A DNA stretch of 64,000 bases from Octopus sinensis. Lineage: Eukaryota. The stretch is taken from the NCBI RefSeq assembly GCF_006345805.1, contig NC_043021.1:14446001-14510000 (forward strand), in the 5' to 3' direction. The notes beneath the pieces are model-generated. The model did no database searches. It had not been told where the DNA came from and was given only the letters and a program-made list of their open reading frames with translations. The first letter of the stretch is position 1; every line of letters starts with the position of its first letter. Positions 61,058-64,000 of this stretch are shown piece by piece. The position numbers were made by a program, and so were the translations under genes.

Positions 61058-61460
61058 GAGTGTATGGGTGCTTTATACGTGCCACCAGCACATATGCGTT
61101 TACGCATCATTGACACGAGTGCATTTCATGTGGCACTGACACCTGTGAAGGACAAGTCTGCATGGATGGATGATCACAATTTATCTTACTTCAAATTTCA
61201 TATGTCAGAGTAACCTCAATTCATAATGGCAACCAGTATATGTCATCTAATTTTCAGCCAAGCCCATTTCTTATCTAAACAACAATAGCAACTTCTCTTT
61301 CACAAACAAGTTTAAAATTTTCAGTTGATAAGAGAAGGGGTAGGAAGAACTAGATAAATAGATAAAACGAATGAATAAATGTTAAATCAGATACCAGGTA
61401 TTTTTATAATCTATATTTCTCTAATTCAATAATGTGAGAGTGTGGCTATATATATATATA

Positions 61461-61877
61461 CTCTTTTACTCTTTTACTTGTTTCAGTCATTTGACTACGG
61501 CCATGCTGGAGCACCGCCTTTAATCGAGCAACTCGACCCCAGGACTTATTCTTTGTTAGCCTAGTACTTATTCTATCGGTCTCTTTTGCCGAACCGCTAA
61601 GTGACGGGGACGTAAACACACAAGCATCGGTTGTCAAGCAATGCTAGGGGGACAAACACAGACACACAAACATACAAGCACACACACATATATATATATA
61701 TATACATATATACGACGGGCTTCTTTCAGTTTCCGTCTACCAGATCCACTCACAAGGCTTTGGTCGGCCCGAGGCTATAGTAGAAGACACTTGCTCAAGG
61801 TGCCACGCAGCGGGACTGAACCCGGAACCATGTGGTTGGTAAACAATCTACTTACCACAGAGCCACTCCTGTGCCTA
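61461..61877 (-). mobile_element. Full-length S2 SINE
   Basis: Family match. Confidence 0.85.
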
Positions 61878-61878
61878 C

Positions 61879-61933
<55 letters not shown>

Positions 61934-62264
61934 TGGTTGACACTAGTCAATCTATCTTCATTATCAGAATTGGTTCCACAATGACACTTATACAAACTAC
62001 AGGTCATTCTGTCAACATTACTGGGCAGAAATCTTATCAATGTGGATGACTCAGTTTACCTGGGTATATGTCAATTATATTGAACAGATAATTAATAACA
62101 ATGAGTTAGAGTTTGTTTTTTTAATTCTAGTTCATGGTTCATTAAAAATAAATGCTAACAAAAAAGTATACTTAATTAAAGAAACAAAAAATAGTTGGAA
62201 AATAGTTGGGAATTCTTTAGAATATAGTGCGAAAAATCGATTTTTATAAAAAACAATATAACAT

Positions 62265-62650
62265 AGGCATAGGAGTGGCTGTGTGGTAAGTAGCTTGCTT
62301 ATGAACCACATAGTTCCAGGTTCAGTCCCATTGCATGGCACATTGGGCAAGTGTCTTCTTCTAAAGCCTCGGTCCGACCAAAGCCTTGTGAGTGGATTTG
62401 GTAGACAGAAACTGAAAAGAAGCCCGTCGTATATATGTATATATATGTGTGTGTTTGTGTGTCTGTGTTTGTCCCCTCAACGTCGCTTGACAACCGATGC
62501 TGGTGTGTTTACTTAGCGGTTCAGCAAAAGAGACCCATAGAATAAGTACTAGGCTTACAAAGAATAAGTCCTGGGGTCGATTTACTCGACTAAAGGCGGT
62601 GCTCCAGCATGGCCTCAGTCAACTGACTGAAACAAGTAAAAGAGTAAAGA
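62265..62650 (+). mobile_element. Full-length S2 SINE
   Basis: Family match. Confidence 0.85.
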
Positions 62651-62722
62651 GTATATATTCACTGTGTGTTTATTATACTAGCTACATAGTTAATATTTTA
62701 CTAACTATATATTTATTATACA

Positions 62723-62942
62723 GGTGGCGAGCTGGCAGAAACGTTAGCACGCCGGGCGAAATGCGTAGCCGTATTTCGTCTGCCGTTATGTTCTGAGTTC
62801 AAATTCCGCCGAGGTCGACTTTGCCTTTCATCCTTTCGGGGTCGATAAATTAAGCACTGGGGTCGATATAATCGACTTAATCCGTTTGTCTGTCCTTGTT
62901 TATTCCCCTCTGTGTTTAGCCCCTTGTGGGTAGTAAAGAAAT
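62723..62942 (+). mobile_element. S1 SINE monomer
   Basis: ggtggcgagctggcagaaacgttagc...gtagtaaagaaata. Confidence 0.85.
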
Positions 62943-63232
62943 ATATATATTTATTATACATCATCATCCCTCTCTCTCTTTCGGAGATGCACAAGCACCT
63001 ACACGCACATATACACACACGGCAGTAACTTCCGCCTGCTGAATTCAATCACAAAGCTTCGGTCGGCTCGGGGCTATAGCAGAAGACACCTACCCAAAGT
63101 GCCACGCAGTGGGACTGAACCCGAAACCATGTAGCTAGGAAGCAAGCTCCCTAACCACACAGCCATGCCCGCGCCTATACATATTGTGTATATTTGTTAA
63201 ACTTACTGAATATCAATTTTATTTCTCGGTAG

Positions 63233-64000
63233 CCCTTCAAAAACAAGGACAAAGTTGGAAGAGAAAGTATGAAGAAACATCACTGGAACTTGTCTCAGAG
63301 CGCCAGAAACTTCTGGACAGTCAGCATCAACCTGACTTCAACACCAAAGCGGAAAATAAGAAGCTCAGAAAAGAACTGATGTCAATAGAAAAACAGCTGA
63401 AAGAGGTTCAGTCTCAACATGAAATCCATTTGATCACCATGGAAACGGAAAGGATGACGAAAGAGTTGATCGAGGAACGTAAGCGCAGCGAGGACCGTCA
63501 TCTGCAAGAGGACATGTCGAGGTTACGGCATCAGTTGCAGCTGGCGAAAGAAAACAGTGAAAAATATTCAAAGCTTAAAATCGAAGTGGAATTATTGAGG
63601 GATGAGAATAATAATCTAAAGAAAGAGAAATTAGATGTTCCAGTTGATGATAAAGTAGATGAGGATAAAATAGATAAGGATAAAGATAAGCGGGATTGTA
63701 AATCCAGTAAAGAAGACATGGATTTAGGTGACATGTCAACGGCTAAAGGGAAGGAGGATTCGGAGGAGACATCAAAGGCAACAGTTGCTACGCAGACGGA
63801 TCTCGACAACAAGGAAACCTGCGATGTGTGTGAACTGATGAAGACCGAGAAGCAACAGTTGGCCGAAAAACTCAAAGTAAGTCAGAAAAAGATCCTTGCT
63901 TTCGAAGAAGACGTGGACGTTGCAGAAACTCCGCCATTCAGTCGAGTCGGTAGCAGTCGGCAGCTGCGGCGGGAGAAGATTTTGGCAGAAACTGCCAAGA
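63233..64000 (+). CDS. Coiled-coil exon, open to the window end (not in the ORF track)
   Basis: tttatttctcggtag| (A)LQKQGQSWKRKYEETSLELVSERQKL...ATVATQTDLD...LAETAK; phase 1 matches the 60398 donor; no stop in 255 codons. A possible earlier donor AAA|gtaagt lies near 63876. Confidence 0.85.

Overview
AT-rich animal genomic DNA with dense (TA)n/(GT)n microsatellites, SINEs, MITEs and decayed LINEs. The repeat families look like those of octopus genomes; this is recognition from memory, not a search. One protein-coding locus dominates the + strand: a kinesin-6 (KIF20A/B, MKLP2/subito-like) gene. I assembled it by hand from GT-AG boundaries with consistent phases: a probable non-coding first exon behind a CCAAT/CHR-type promoter (~15.04-15.30 kb), then 16 coding exons from ATG 20249 to stop 48518 (964 aa). 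Downstream are three more phase-compatible coiled-coil exons (55824-58210, 59963-60398, 63233->64000). These can be joined to the motor through an internal donor at 48033, which would give a >=2000-aa KIF20B-like isoform from the same locus. Other highlights: a candidate minimal type I hammerhead ribozyme with a G3-C8 swapped core (16280-16331, - strand); a well-bounded 65-nt exon that is one base short of frame (24535-24599) plus a decayed duplicate; a mariner TIR carrying an RFX X-box that is amplified six-fold in an 80-bp tandem array; SINE multimers sharing one invariant junction; and TQT/SP repeat motifs in the coiled-coil tail. No rRNA, true tRNA gene or CRISPR array is supported. Repeat boundaries are approximate unless a TSD/TIR is quoted.
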